Source: an uncultured delta proteobacterium (GTDB lineage: Bacteria; Desulfobacterota; Zymogenia; Zymogenales; Zymogenaceae). Taken from it: a stretch of 64,000 nucleotides of DNA. How positions within the stretch are numbered: the stretch's first letter is position 1; the number at the start of each line of letters is the position of its first letter. The notes under the pieces were generated by a model that saw only the letters and a program-made list of their open reading frames with translations, did no database searches and was not told where the DNA came from. Shown here one piece after another: positions 44,598 through 54,518 of this stretch. The position numbers and the translations under genes are program-made. The stretch lies in contig CAVTLK010000005.1 of NCBI GenBank assembly GCA_963735595.1, positions 864,001-928,000 of the forward strand, written 5' to 3'.

Positions 44598-45710
44598 TTA
44601 AAACGCGCCATGTGTCACTTTTGTGTCACTTTTTTTGGCGTTACCGCCGAGATATTTGGATAGCTTCTGCACCGCTTCTTTCCCATCGGACTCATCCACG
44701 CTGTTATATCGGAGGAACATCGACATAGTCTTGTGACCCGTTTGGGCCATTATAACCGAATCATGGACACCGGCCTTTCTCATGTTGGTTACAAAGCAGT
44801 GACGCAGGTCGTGTATCACAAAACCGGCAATATCGGCTCGCTTACAGGCATTCTTGAAAGCGGTTCGAATACTCCTTACAGGTCTGCCGTCATTATAGAT
44901 GAAGACAAACTTGTGAGAAAGGCTCCTCATTTTGCTTGCCTCGATGAGAACCGATTTGACCTCATCAGTCAGGAATATGCGACGCTTTTGCTTAGTCTTT
45001 GTGTCGGCGTATCCGAGATCGACGTGTTCTTCCTTCATATTTACCTTATCCCAGGTAAGGGTTAGGATTTCATTGATCCTCATTCCCGTATGGTAGGCAA
45101 CAAGAACGATCGACCGTATCGGTTCATGAAGCTCCTCGAAAAGCTTTCGATATTCCTCTGATGAAAGAGTCCTGTCTCTCTTGTTCTGTTCTGGCAGCAT
45201 CGGGATGCCTTTACATGGATTACGCAGAACTAACTCGTCCCTAATTGCCAGGTTGAACGCTCGCCTCATGAGGGCAAATTCTCGGTTAATTGTGGCGGGC
45301 CTGGTGGGTATCCCCCGACGACTCGTTTCTTTTAGCCGTTTCTGTTGGAATCTTTCAATGTCGGACGGTAATATCTTTGAGGCTTTTAGGTTACCGAAAT
45401 GCCTCCTGAGGACTCCTGATCTCTGAACGTCATCCTTATAAGAAAACTTCGCTCTCGGACCAGGTTGCTCAAGGTACCAATCGATGAGTTGGCTAAAAGC
45501 TAGGTCTTTAGCATACTGGCTTCCAGTCCGTTCCCTCATTTCAAACTCGGCAATCTTGTTAGCAAGAAAAGACTTGGCAGCCGTCTTATCTCCGACCTTC
45601 TCTCTCGCGTAGACGATCTTCCCGTCTAAATCCCTTTCGATCGGGTACCGGACAAACCAAGGTCCACTCGGCTTCCCTTCCTTGTTTCTGTATCTCTGAA
45701 AAACGCCCAT
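44598..45710 (-). CDS. Tyrosine recombinase/integrase
   Basis: HTGMRINE, K, HDLRH, GH..MFLRY catalytic residues. Confidence 0.95.
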   Translation of the reverse strand: MGVFQRYRNKEGKPSGPWFVRYPIERDLDGKIVYAREKVGDKTAAKSFLANKIAEFEMRERTGSQYAKDLAFSQLIDWYLEQPGPRAKFSYKDDVQRSGVLRRHFGNLKASKILPSDIERFQQKRLKETSRRGIPTRPATINREFALMRRAFNLAIRDELVLRNPCKGIPMLPEQNKRDRTLSSEEYRKLFEELHEPIRSIVLVAYHTGMRINEILTLTWDKVNMKEEHVDLGYADTKTKQKRRIFLTDEVKSVLIEASKMRSLSHKFVFIYNDGRPVRSIRTAFKNACKRADIAGFVIHDLRHCFVTNMRKAGVHDSVIMAQTGHKTMSMFLRYNSVDESDGKEAVQKLSKYLGGNAKKSDTKVTHGAF

Positions 45711-45820
45711 TGTTTTCTCCTTTCTCATCTAGTTGATGTGAAAGGTATGGTAGAGCTGGGCGTAAGGTCTAATATCACCTCCTTTCTGAGGAAGATAATA
45801 GCACCCTTGTCGCCCAGGTG

Positions 45821-46006
45821 TCAATTTTCTATCTTCTTATTCTTTTCTATATAGTTGTCTATGTCATGAATATCGAACCGTAGCGCTCCTCGAAGTTTAA
45901 TATGTGGGATAGGAAACAGACCTTGTGCAATTTCGTTCCTGATTGTTTGCGGTCTTTTGCCGATATAATGAGCGAGTTCTTTTATGTTCAGTAGTCTTTT
46001 TTCCAC
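45821..46006 (-). CDS. Excisionase/AlpA-like HTH protein
   Basis: RLLNIKELAHYIG...TIRN...IPHIKL.GALRFD; directly upstream of the integrase. Confidence 0.85.
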   Translation of the reverse strand: MEKRLLNIKELAHYIGKRPQTIRNEIAQGLFPIPHIKLRGALRFDIHDIDNYIEKNKKIEN

Positions 46007-46158
46007 TTCTAACCTCGACTATTTCTCGTGAGCCAATTGCTTACCTTTAGATACCTTTTCCCTAATAGAACTCAAGAGAGAGTCATGCTCCTCTCTAAAG
46101 CCCGCATCTTCTGTAAGCGGCTCTCCCAAGTCAAAGGCCGTGAAATATCAGAGATAGA

Positions 46159-46869
46159 CTAAACGCCCGGAATCTCATCCCAGGTACGACCGTCAAGTAT
46201 CCGACCGCTTTTCTTCTTATTTCTTCCGCCCCACTGTTTGAAAAAGAATGGTACTCCTTCTCCTAAACATTGATCACGGACTTCAGTGACCCATTCTCTT
46301 AGCATCGGCCTAGACTTAGGACCTGACTCCCCGCCAACGATAACCCAATCAATTCCGTTCAAATTGAGATTACCCATGGGACCTAGAAGAGGTTCGAGCG
46401 AAAGAAACTTGATTCTTGCAGGGGTATCTATCAAATGGCCGATTCTGTCTATGTAGTCCCTATTTTCTACACTCACGCCCATCCAGACATTATCGGGCCA
46501 TGGGAGCTTTGAGCTTAATTCCAATAAGCGAAGAGGCCGTTTCGTGAGAACCTGAAAACGATGTTGTTTCGCTTTTGTCATAACGCCAAAAACCCTAAGA
46601 ATGAAATCCGTTGGGACGTCATCGTGAAAGAGATCGCTCATGGAATTGACGAAAATAGTTTTAGGTCTTTTCCATCTCAAAGGGATATCCAGCATATGTT
46701 CATGGAGTGTTGGTTGAAATCCGTTTCTATAATTTGGCTGTCCCATGGCCTTGAGTCTCATTGACAGCTTTTCTGCGTAGCAGTTCTTACAACCCAGGCT
46801 GATTTTTGTGCATCCTGTTATCGGGTTCCATGTAGCCTCGGTCCACTCTATCTTTGAATTGGTTGACAT
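46159..46869 (-). CDS. DUF5131 (phage Gp37/Gp68) family protein
   Basis: [58 protein letters not shown]. Confidence 0.92.
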   Translation of the reverse strand: MSTNSKIEWTEATWNPITGCTKISLGCKNCYAEKLSMRLKAMGQPNYRNGFQPTLHEHMLDIPLRWKRPKTIFVNSMSDLFHDDVPTDFILRVFGVMTKAKQHRFQVLTKRPLRLLELSSKLPWPDNVWMGVSVENRDYIDRIGHLIDTPARIKFLSLEPLLGPMGNLNLNGIDWVIVGGESGPKSRPMLREWVTEVRDQCLGEGVPFFFKQWGGRNKKKSGRILDGRTWDEIPGV

Positions 46870-46897
46870 TTTCCTCCTCCTTCTAAATCGTCTTTGA

Positions 46898-47125
46898 TTA
46901 TCTCCACTCAATAAAGTTGGGCATATCTTTCTTGGGCACGTCCAGGATTTCAAGGACACTGTATGCGGTGTCGATGTCGATCGGAAGAAGATTAAGAGCC
47001 CTGCAAAAAGTCCGATAATCGATGTCGCATCTCCGTCTCTGAAACGCCCCATTACCATCGTAAAAGTAGCGCTTTCGGTTCTTCCTCAGAAAGGACAGAA
47101 CTTCCGGCCTCAAATGGGGTCTCAT
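46898..47125 (-). CDS. Hypothetical protein, 75 aa
   Basis: Fills the gap between the tubulin-like gene and DUF5131; GGAG RBS. Confidence 0.55.
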   Translation of the reverse strand: MRPHLRPEVLSFLRKNRKRYFYDGNGAFQRRRCDIDYRTFCRALNLLPIDIDTAYSVLEILDVPKKDMPNFIEWR

Positions 47126-47149
47126 TATTTATCTCCGTTCTACGATGTA

Positions 47150-48251
47150 TTATTTCGTCTTATCCTTGTTGAAGAAGAAATCAAAATCAAGTTCAGTCTT
47201 TTTTATTGTCTTTTTTTCCTCGAACACCTTTATTTCTGATTTCGTCTCCTCGATGAGTCCCTGGAGTTTCTTTATGGGGAGACTCAGCCCGCTGAAGATG
47301 GAATGTACGCGAATACGATCCCGATAGGCGTGATCGGCGTAAATCCCCCAATAGACCAGGTTCGCTTTTGAGACCTCCTTGATGTACGTGAGCGCGTAGC
47401 TGATGTCTTTCTCCGCTATCTTCTTGAATAGCGAGGGAGCGCCTCTGAGCACAATCCCTACCTTGTCGGCGTCAGAGAAATCAAAATCAGAGGCATAGAG
47501 TCCCTCTGTTATGCCCCGCCTCAGGCTCTCAGCTAACCGGTCCCTGCTGGTAAACTCCTTCACGGACATCTCCCCCATGGTTGCACAGCCCGGTGTTCGG
47601 ATGATCTTTCGATAATCGGCGGGATCGAGGGAGTATACCAGTCCCTGTTGCGAGCTCATCTTATTGATGATGTGGAATGTATGGGCGATATCTTTATTAG
47701 ACCTCTCCCAGAAGGTGCCGATGGAAAGGTTCGGATACTTCTTCGAGATCTTTGCGTTATCGATAATAATGATCGGTTTGATGATGCTCGAATCATAAAC
47801 CTGTTTTATCGCCATCAGGCAATTCTTCTTGGTCTCGGTGTCTTCGGATTCAAGGGGAAGGGTGATGATGATCCCGACTTCAATCCCAAGTTCGTGAAGT
47901 ATTTCTGCCATGGGGAGTAATCCCCCCTGTCCCTGTTCCACCCCCGCCCCCGACACAGAGCATGGCGTACTCGGACTTGTCTATTCCATGCAGCCTAATA
48001 AAGTCTCTGATCGTATCTGAGTTGTTCCTGAAGGCGAGCTCCCCCACCTTCATGTCCCTCCCGGCTCCTCCCGTCGTATCTTTAAGCAGCAGTTTATGTC
48101 CTTTGGGGACAGTGATTTTCCCTAGGTCGGTCTCGGCGGTATTGCAGACGTATCCGTCGTATCCGTATTCTTTATGAAACGCGGCGCAGACTCGGCTTCC
48201 CCCGTAGCCCAGACCAAATAGGCGGAAATCTATCGAGTGCTTGTCCTTCAT
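47150..48251 (-). CDS. Tubulin/FtsZ-superfamily GTPase (TubZ-like), one indel in a G-run near 47925
   Basis: GLGYGGSR, NTAETDL, GGAGRD...G, GGGGGTGTGG signature, TLP..E, IDNAK, LDPADY T7 loop, FSGL. Confidence 0.9.
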
Positions 48252-48264
48252 CGTTCTCACTCCA

Positions 48265-48540
48265 TTATCCGCTATTCGTGATTTCATCCAAAATAGCTGA
48301 AAGTGCCTTCCCGGAATCCGAGAGCCTCAGTAATATACTGTTGCCTACCCTCGTCTCCTCGATAAATGTCCCGCCCCTCAATCGCGAGAGGGCATCCCTC
48401 AATCGTGAGGTAGTGAGGCCGGATACCTGGGACGCGGACTCCTTATTGAGCACTCCCTTTTCGACGAGCGCGGATATTACCCTCCGGTCATCCTCATGGA
48501 GTTTACCGGACATCTCAAGGAGACATGTCTTACACAACAT
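48265..48540 (-). CDS. Small winged-helix DNA-binding protein (TubR-like adaptor candidate)
   Basis: SGLTTSRLRDALSRL...FIEE.RVGNS.LLRLSDSG wHTH; 13 bp upstream of the GTPase. Confidence 0.75.
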   Translation of the reverse strand: MLCKTCLLEMSGKLHEDDRRVISALVEKGVLNKESASQVSGLTTSRLRDALSRLRGGTFIEETRVGNSILLRLSDSGKALSAILDEITNSG

Positions 48541-48554
48541 TTTTCACCCAATCT

Positions 48555-48801
48555 ATTAATTGATACATTAACTGATTAATTGATATATCCGACGCAAGCA
48601 GCCTTTCCCTTTCGATTCTGATTCGATTCTGCCTTCGGTTCGATTCTGATTTTGGTTTTTCGCCAGAATCGAAAGGTCTCCCGTCCTCTCAAGCGGATTT
48701 CGATTTATCAAAACTCCAATGTTCCTATATAATTAGATCAAGAGAACATATTCCTGATGTCCCACGTTTTTATTCTGATTTCGATTCGATTCTGATTCTG
48801 G
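48555..48801. repeat. Iteron-like repeat array (centromere candidate)
   Basis: TTCGATTCTG at 48611, 48622 and 48639, inverted at 48664, second block 48771-48801; ATTAAYTG three times at 48555-48582. Confidence 0.7.
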
Positions 48802-48870
48802 CCATATTTATTCTTTTTTTATCTTCTATTCTTTTTCTTATCTTCCTATTATCATTACCCTCTCTTCTTT

Positions 48871-48918
48871 CTATTTCTATTTCTATTTCTATTTCTATCT
48901 CTATTTCTATCTCTATTC
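48871..48918 (+). repeat. Hexamer tandem repeat (CTATYT) x8 in a pyrimidine-rich tract
   Basis: ctattt x4, ctatct, ctattt, ctatct, ctattc. Confidence 0.9.
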
Positions 48919-49085
48919 TTTTCACCGTTCTTTACTCATCTCCATTTCCTCACTTCCAGCTTCCGTAACGTCGTCCCGCGGGGCGTGGGGGCGAAGGAGG
49001 CGAGGGAGGGGGGAGGGATAAAGACCTGACCCTCCATAACAGAACCCTATCTAATATCTATCCTACCTATGGGATTCTTTCTCTT

Positions 49086-49292
49086 TCATATTCTTCGATA
49101 AGCAGCCTCATCGTTAGTCTTCTTCTCTTCAGGACGCACAAATGTTATCGGATTCATTTCATGCCACAGACACCTTATGTACTCATTGACCTGAACGTAC
49201 GTATTCAACTTCTTACAGAGGAAGTATGAATACCCTTCTTGATCAATTTGCATGAGTCTTCCGTGCACGCATCGTTCGCATTTAACCGTCAT
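49086..49292 (-). CDS. Small Cys-rich protein
   Basis: CERC...C...C..H; GAGGTG RBS. Confidence 0.55.
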   Translation of the reverse strand: MTVKCERCVHGRLMQIDQEGYSYFLCKKLNTYVQVNEYIRCLWHEMNPITFVRPEEKKTNDEAAYRRI

Positions 49293-49335
49293 TTCAACCA
49301 CCTCGAATATATTTATATATGTGAGAACAACAGCA

Positions 49336-49460
49336 CCTTCTGTTTTCTCATTTCGGAGAAAACAGAAGGCAGGGAGGGCGTGACTGTGCGAGCGGACCCC
49401 CCGATAAAGCTTTCGGCGAAGCCGAAAGATTTACGATAGGGGGTCTGCGTGGGCACGCCC
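49336..49460. other. Two adjacent strong hairpins (origin-like)
   Basis: 14-bp perfect stem at 49336-49369; 85-nt imperfect stem at 49376-49460 topped by CTTTCGGC-GAA-GCCGAAAG. Confidence 0.75.
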
Positions 49461-49575
49461 GACCGCGTATACAGCAACGAGCAACGCGTCCCATTACATA
49501 TACCTATCGACCACATCAAACGAGAGACCTTTTATATCTGCACCACCGAGAGCCTTTTCAACCCTTTCCTTAGTC

Positions 49576-51442
49576 CTACCAAGCAACTCCCTTTGTAGTG
49601 ACAACCACTACCTCATCCACACCGACGGTAAAATCTCGTGATATATTTTCCATGATGTGATCTGTGACACTCAGTTCAATCTCAATTGCGATAAGTCTAC
49701 CGGCCTTATTAACCAGGACATCGATAGACTTCCCGTTAAGGCTCTTTTCGACATAGGCATTGTATCCGAGATCCTCGTAGTACTTCTTTATCCTGCTCTG
49801 GTAGGTCTGATGTTCTATTGATCCTTTTCCTGCCATCCGCTTTTTTGGAGAATCGATCGCCTCTCTCCCCTTATCCGTTAGTTCAAGATAGACGGATTTT
49901 CCTCTTCTCACTTCGACGATGTATCCCGTCTCCACAAGCTCCTTCTGAATCCTGTTTCCCATGTAGGCGCTCAATCCCATCGCCATATATCGCTCGGTGA
50001 CACTCAAATCGGTGCTCCTTCTCGATATTGATCATGAAGTCCCGGGCCTGAGTCTTTTTAACCCGTTTAACTTCATCCACGCGGAGCTTGAAGTTAGAAG
50101 GTTTTTCTCTCGATGGTTCAGGCTTCTTCTCCGTCCTCGTAGGAGCGGGTTTCCCCTCAGTCTTCGCCAAAACCTCGCTCAGGGCGTTTCCTGGGTTTAA
50201 TCTTTAGTTCCATAGTAGGACCTCATATGTCTTTCGACTTCCTCATCGGTGACAAACCGTTCAAGAGGAAAATCGGGGATTACGATATGAAACGGCTCCG
50301 GCCACCGATCAGCGAGTTTTACAATACCCTGGCCCACCGGAAGCTTGTTCAGGAAATCGGCCTGCTCACTCCGTGAGCCGCATCATCCTTGCCATATCCT
50401 CGATGTCCTTACCGTTGGAGAGGGAAAGACAGATCGTCGCAAAGACATTGCTTTTGACGACATCGGAAAGGGTGTGAGGCATCTGGTCCGCGAAAACAAA
50501 GCCAACCCCGAATTCTCTGATTCTCCGCACCATCTGCTCCATATAGGGTGTCCCAAGTTCGCTCTTATAGTCCTTCTTGAATATTTTGCTTGCCTCATCG
50601 AGAAAGATCACCTGCCTCAAGGTGCCTCTTTCGGCGCGGTCCAATCTGTAAGTAGAAACCTGTGCCAGCAGAATATTAACGAACAAAGTCTGGAGCTCGT
50701 CCATTAGGCCATCGAGCTCAAAGACGATATTCTTTTGAAGGAGCATTTCGAGGGAATAGCCCTCATCGCAATCGAAGATATCTCTCGTTATCGTCGCACA
50801 TACGGCGGCTTTATTATCGAGTCTCGCAAGGTAGCCCCGTTTATCGTATGAAAGGCCTTTCACTTTTTCTTCCTTTTCAAGCTTCTCGTGTAGGTCAAGT
50901 ATTGTAGGGTACACGTCGCTTCCTTTGAAAACACCGTACAGCTCATAAAGTTCATAAAGCAGGTTTGCCAGTAAAGCTTTTGACGCGGCCAGTAACGCAA
51001 ACGAGATACAGAATATGTCGGCAAATATCTGTATCCACTCCACAGGGTCAGTCCCCGGAGGGGGACGAAGGGGATTTATCCTGAAATCCTTCCACCTGAA
51101 GATAAGCAAGTCTTTCGTATATTGGAGGAAATGGCGGTAGTCCCTCTTGAAGTCAAAGAACCAACACGGAACCAAAGGCATGAGCTGATACGCCAGGACT
51201 CGGCTCTCGGTCGTCTTGCCGCTTCCTGCGCGACCTGTTAAGAAGGTATTTTGATTCACCTCCTCAAGAACAAAAGCCGCTCTTTCCGATGTATCCGCCA
51301 ATAAACCGTAGGCAATTGGACCCGCGACATCTACGCCGTGCGGAGCGGAGAAAGGAGTCCCGGAAAGGTTCTCGAAGAAAATTTGATATTCCTCCGGGAA
51401 ATGCTTCGAAATATCATCATCGAAGAAGTTTTCTTTTTTCAT
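49576..51442 (-). CDS. HerA/VirD4-like ATPase apparently fused to wHTH and PD-(D/E)xK-like nuclease domains (several indels)
   Basis: GRAGSGKT, FDFKRDY, INPLRPP, FLDEA, IREFGVGFVFADQ; continues in shifted frames (LPVGQGIVK) to LELTDKG...GSIEH...SIDV...IAIEIE. Confidence 0.75.
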
Positions 51443-51869
51443 CGGTAAGTTCCTTGGCCGGCTCTTTAGCCCTTCCCCGGATCAGAGACTTCAGAATAGA
51501 AAGAGGTTGTTTTGCTTCAATCCGGGAGACCTTTCTCCCGTCCCAGGTTATCTTCAAGTCCTTTCGGCAAATGAGGACGCCCGATTCATCGGATCGATCG
51601 AGGCAACCAGGACGAGAGCAAATTACTCTGTGGCAGACGCCACAGAATCCCTCAAGGTCATCTAAGCTCTTTATAAAATGCCCACACCCTGCAGGAACAA
51701 CGAGGTCCATGTTGTTGAGGAATATCCCTCTCTCGCTTACCTCAAATGAGCTTACACGACCTCCGACCGGTATAACCCTTCCGTTTACCAATACGACATT
51801 GCCGTAGTATCTGGCAACAAATGGTTCGTTGAATTTCCGTGAGAGATATCCGTAGAGCATGGAATCCAT
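51417..51869 (-). CDS. Cys-rich zinc-finger-like protein, possibly joined to the upstream membrane ORF
   Basis: GCGH...CGVCHRVIC...C...C; overlaps the ATPase start. Confidence 0.6.
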   Translation of the reverse strand: MDSMLYGYLSRKFNEPFVARYYGNVVLVNGRVIPVGGRVSSFEVSERGIFLNNMDLVVPAGCGHFIKSLDDLEGFCGVCHRVICSRPGCLDRSDESGVLICRKDLKITWDGRKVSRIEAKQPLSILKSLIRGRAKEPAKELTDEKRKLLR

Positions 51870-51916
51870 AGTGGTAAACGTGTATTCTTTACCGTGTTCA
51901 TCCGTCGTAAATCCCC

Positions 51917-52201
51917 CTAAAAGATACTAGCGGCCCAGCCAAAAAAGGCCTTCCCGAGCATGACGAAAAAGGTGATCACGCCGGGAACGAACGAGAATAC
52001 GATGATGAGGAGGGTGATCACCAGGCCAAGCTTCATTAAACCGAATAAGAACCGTATCAGCTTCTTGAAGAAATCGTCATCGTCCGGACCCTTTGGAAAC
52101 TCGAAGGGAGTAGTGTAGTTGAGCTCGTCTTGTGGGAAGTCCGGATTCTTATAGAAGTCGCCGTATCCCTTGTCCGACGATCCCGAGTTATTGAATGTCA
52201 T
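51917..52201 (-). CDS. Small membrane protein
   Basis: MTFNNS... acidic N-terminus then a long hydrophobic segment. Confidence 0.55.
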   Translation of the reverse strand: MTFNNSGSSDKGYGDFYKNPDFPQDELNYTTPFEFPKGPDDDDFFKKLIRFLFGLMKLGLVITLLIIVFSFVPGVITFFVMLGKAFFGWAASIF

Positions 52202-52484
52202 TGTTCCCCCCCTCCTGAAAGGTAATATTGCCAAACCTGTCTCTCTTGATCTTCTTCTCTCCAGAATCTGATGGGCTGCTATCTGAATTCGACGGTGAAT
52301 AGGAGTTGTCCTTATTTTGTTCCTGAGGTTCCCCGCCGAAAAAGCCCTCAAAGAACCCAAATGTAAAATCAAGAGTTGCTTCCACCGGCGCAGCAACGAC
52401 CCTTCCGGCAGTAACTCCAAGCGTGTGAGCGAAACAGCCCGAAACTAAGAGAGACGCCAAAACCAGGATCGTGAGTCTCTTCAT
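52188..52484 (-). CDS. Small lipoprotein
   Basis: MKRLTILVLASLLVSGC lipobox. Confidence 0.65.
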   Translation of the reverse strand: MKRLTILVLASLLVSGCFAHTLGVTAGRVVAAPVEATLDFTFGFFEGFFGGEPQEQNKDNSYSPSNSDSSPSDSGEKKIKRDRFGNITFQEGGNNDIQ

Positions 52485-52501
52485 GTTTCTACCCCCTTTA
52501 T

Positions 52502-53008
52502 CTAAAGCGACCTCCATTCCTCCGAGGTGATGAGCCACGTTCCGTACGACTTTTCGAGGCGCATGGTGACGACGCCCCGATCGGATGCCCCATCTATTGT
52601 CGTGACCTGCACAAATGTGAGGCATGCGTTGGAATCGGAGATAGATAGAACGCGAAAATCATTGAGTGATAGGTCGATGGAAGAGGAATGGGAAAATACG
52701 TTATTGAAATAACCCTGTAAGCTCTGATAGTTTAACCCCCGGCCCTGGAACCGGGGGCTATACATCGTCATAAGGTAGGAGACGTTTTTAGACTCCCAGT
52801 CGGTCTCCCAAGAAGAAACGAAATCTCGAAGCTCACGTACGTTTGGATCTTCGGGTGGCGTTGAAACGACAGGTGGTTCTTCTGATGAAGTTCTCGGGGT
52901 CCTACTTGAACAGAAGAGCGCCCCAAGGACGAACCCAATGAGAACAGCGATAATGAGAATAAGCTGGAAATACTTATTCTCAATAAGCCAAAAGAGTGGT
53001 GTTTTCAT
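52502..53008 (-). CDS. Membrane-anchored NTF2-like domain protein
   Basis: TM helix, Pro linker, FVSSW..DWE.K....M.MYS..F, TWLITSE.W. Confidence 0.7.
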   Translation of the reverse strand: MKTPLFWLIENKYFQLILIIAVLIGFVLGALFCSSRTPRTSSEEPPVVSTPPEDPNVRELRDFVSSWETDWESKNVSYLMTMYSPRFQGRGLNYQSLQGYFNNVFSHSSSIDLSLNDFRVLSISDSNACLTFVQVTTIDGASDRGVVTMRLEKSYGTWLITSEEWRSL

Positions 53009-53011
53009 AGT

Positions 53012-53317
53012 CTACTCGTCACTTTCTTTCTTTGTGTTCTTGTGCTCCAGCTGCTTCATCATGAACTCTCCGACCGGTGCTGGAAGTACCATCACGGAGT
53101 TTAATCCGTCATAGCCGAGTCGGAGGCTAACGTTGTTTTGCTCGATCAAACCCATAGCCACGTTATTCACGAGGGGAACCATATGATCCTTGAGTCCCTT
53201 CGAACATATCCCGACTATTTTTACGTCATTTCCGGTTCCCTGGCCTTTTTTCATTGTCTGATCAACGCCATATCCTGCGTTTGCCCCTGTCTTAATTCTG
53301 AGATAGACAAATTCCAT
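53012..53317 (-). CDS. Hypothetical protein
   Basis: GGAG RBS, tight packing in the operon. Confidence 0.55.
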   Translation of the reverse strand: MEFVYLRIKTGANAGYGVDQTMKKGQGTGNDVKIVGICSKGLKDHMVPLVNNVAMGLIEQNNVSLRLGYDGLNSVMVLPAPVGEFMMKQLEHKNTKKESDE

Positions 53318-53329
53318 TAGCGTTCTCCT

Positions 53330-53873
53330 CTAATTAGGTTTACTGTAATCAAACTCGAACTGCTCGAAGAACAGCTCGGTACCTAAGACCATGACTCTAT
53401 ACTTCTCTTTACATTCAGCCCCATCCGCGTTAAACCTAATAGGATTGGAGTCGGGGAGAATAAAAAGGACCGGTTCGCCCCTCCTATATATGAAGACGAC
53501 ATGCTCTTCCGGACGGGCACCCAAGAGCTCAAAGAATCCTGCCCCGGTGATTTTCGTTGGAAGAATCGTCTCTTTGATAACGAATGCCCGAAAATGCCTC
53601 TTCATTTTCCACCCGGTAATATCCGTAGTCCCGTAAGCTGCTCGATCCGGAGAGTATATAAGTAAGAGCACTCCGTGCCTCAATACCTGATATAGATTTT
53701 ATTGAGCCTGATCGAATGAGGATATTGAGCAAAAGAACCAATAGCGTCGGATCACTTGTTTTAACCAGCAGAAGATCGTCTGACAGCAAATCCTCTTTGC
53801 GTCTTACTTCAAACACCCGCCCGTTTGAACAGCATAGAACGAACGAGGCGAGCCACTTCGGATTCTTACTCAT
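53330..53873 (-). CDS. Hypothetical protein, probably one gene split by an indel
   Basis: Overlapping ORFs 53529-53873 and 53330-53683. Confidence 0.4.
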
Positions 53874-54518
53874 GAAAGGATCCTGGCTAAAACGTATTAT
53901 TTAGGTACAGCAGGGGAGAATTAAGGAAGGAGAGATGATAGTGTGCGGTGGTTGTATTTTTCTTGTAATCTACCCAACGCTATAGTAGAGTGAAACAATA
54001 GGGGGGAACGGGGTAGATTAGCACTTTGCCTGCCAGGGCGGTCTATGAAGCTCCTATCTCTCCTTTTTCTCTCCAATAATAAGCTGCCATCAAAAAAGAG
54101 TCCTAACAAATTCTTCTTCCATCTCAATATAGAATAAAGTGGCAGGAAAGTCAAGGAAAATCATTAAAAGCATACGTAATATACTTGTACAGGTATACTT
54201 TAATGTCACTATTTAAGGACTATTTAACTAGATACATTTCTTCAACTCAAAAGGATTTCTTGTAGGAGCCTTAGTGCTATTAGAAGGCTATGATTTTAGG
54301 GGAGAGTATTGACGGTAAGCTATGAATTACAGAAACGAAAAAGCGGGTACGTTTTTAGGGAAACCGAAGAAGGAGAAATCGAGCAGAGACGGTTTCTAAT
54401 GCATTCTATTGCTATCACATCCGATGATGATAATCGCGTTAAATAGGATGGTTTTTCTTATAACTACGGCTATAACCCTTACAGCCCGATTCTCTCCTTC
54501 TCTTTTCCCATAAGTAAA

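Noticed and set aside
47150..48251. Chromosomal cell-division ftsZ
   Set aside because: Lacks the GGGGxNA and NxDFAD motifs and the dcw context; it lies within a mobile element.
48555..48918. CRISPR array
   Set aside because: Repeats are 6-10 bp with no unique spacers and no cas genes; no CRISPR seen anywhere in the window.
48769..48926. About 50-aa ORF with EIEIEI repeats on the minus strand
   Set aside because: Low-complexity by-product of the hexamer repeat with no convincing RBS; not fully excluded.
50366..50368. In-frame TGA as selenocysteine or readthrough
   Set aside because: The protein continues in a different frame, so this is an indel.
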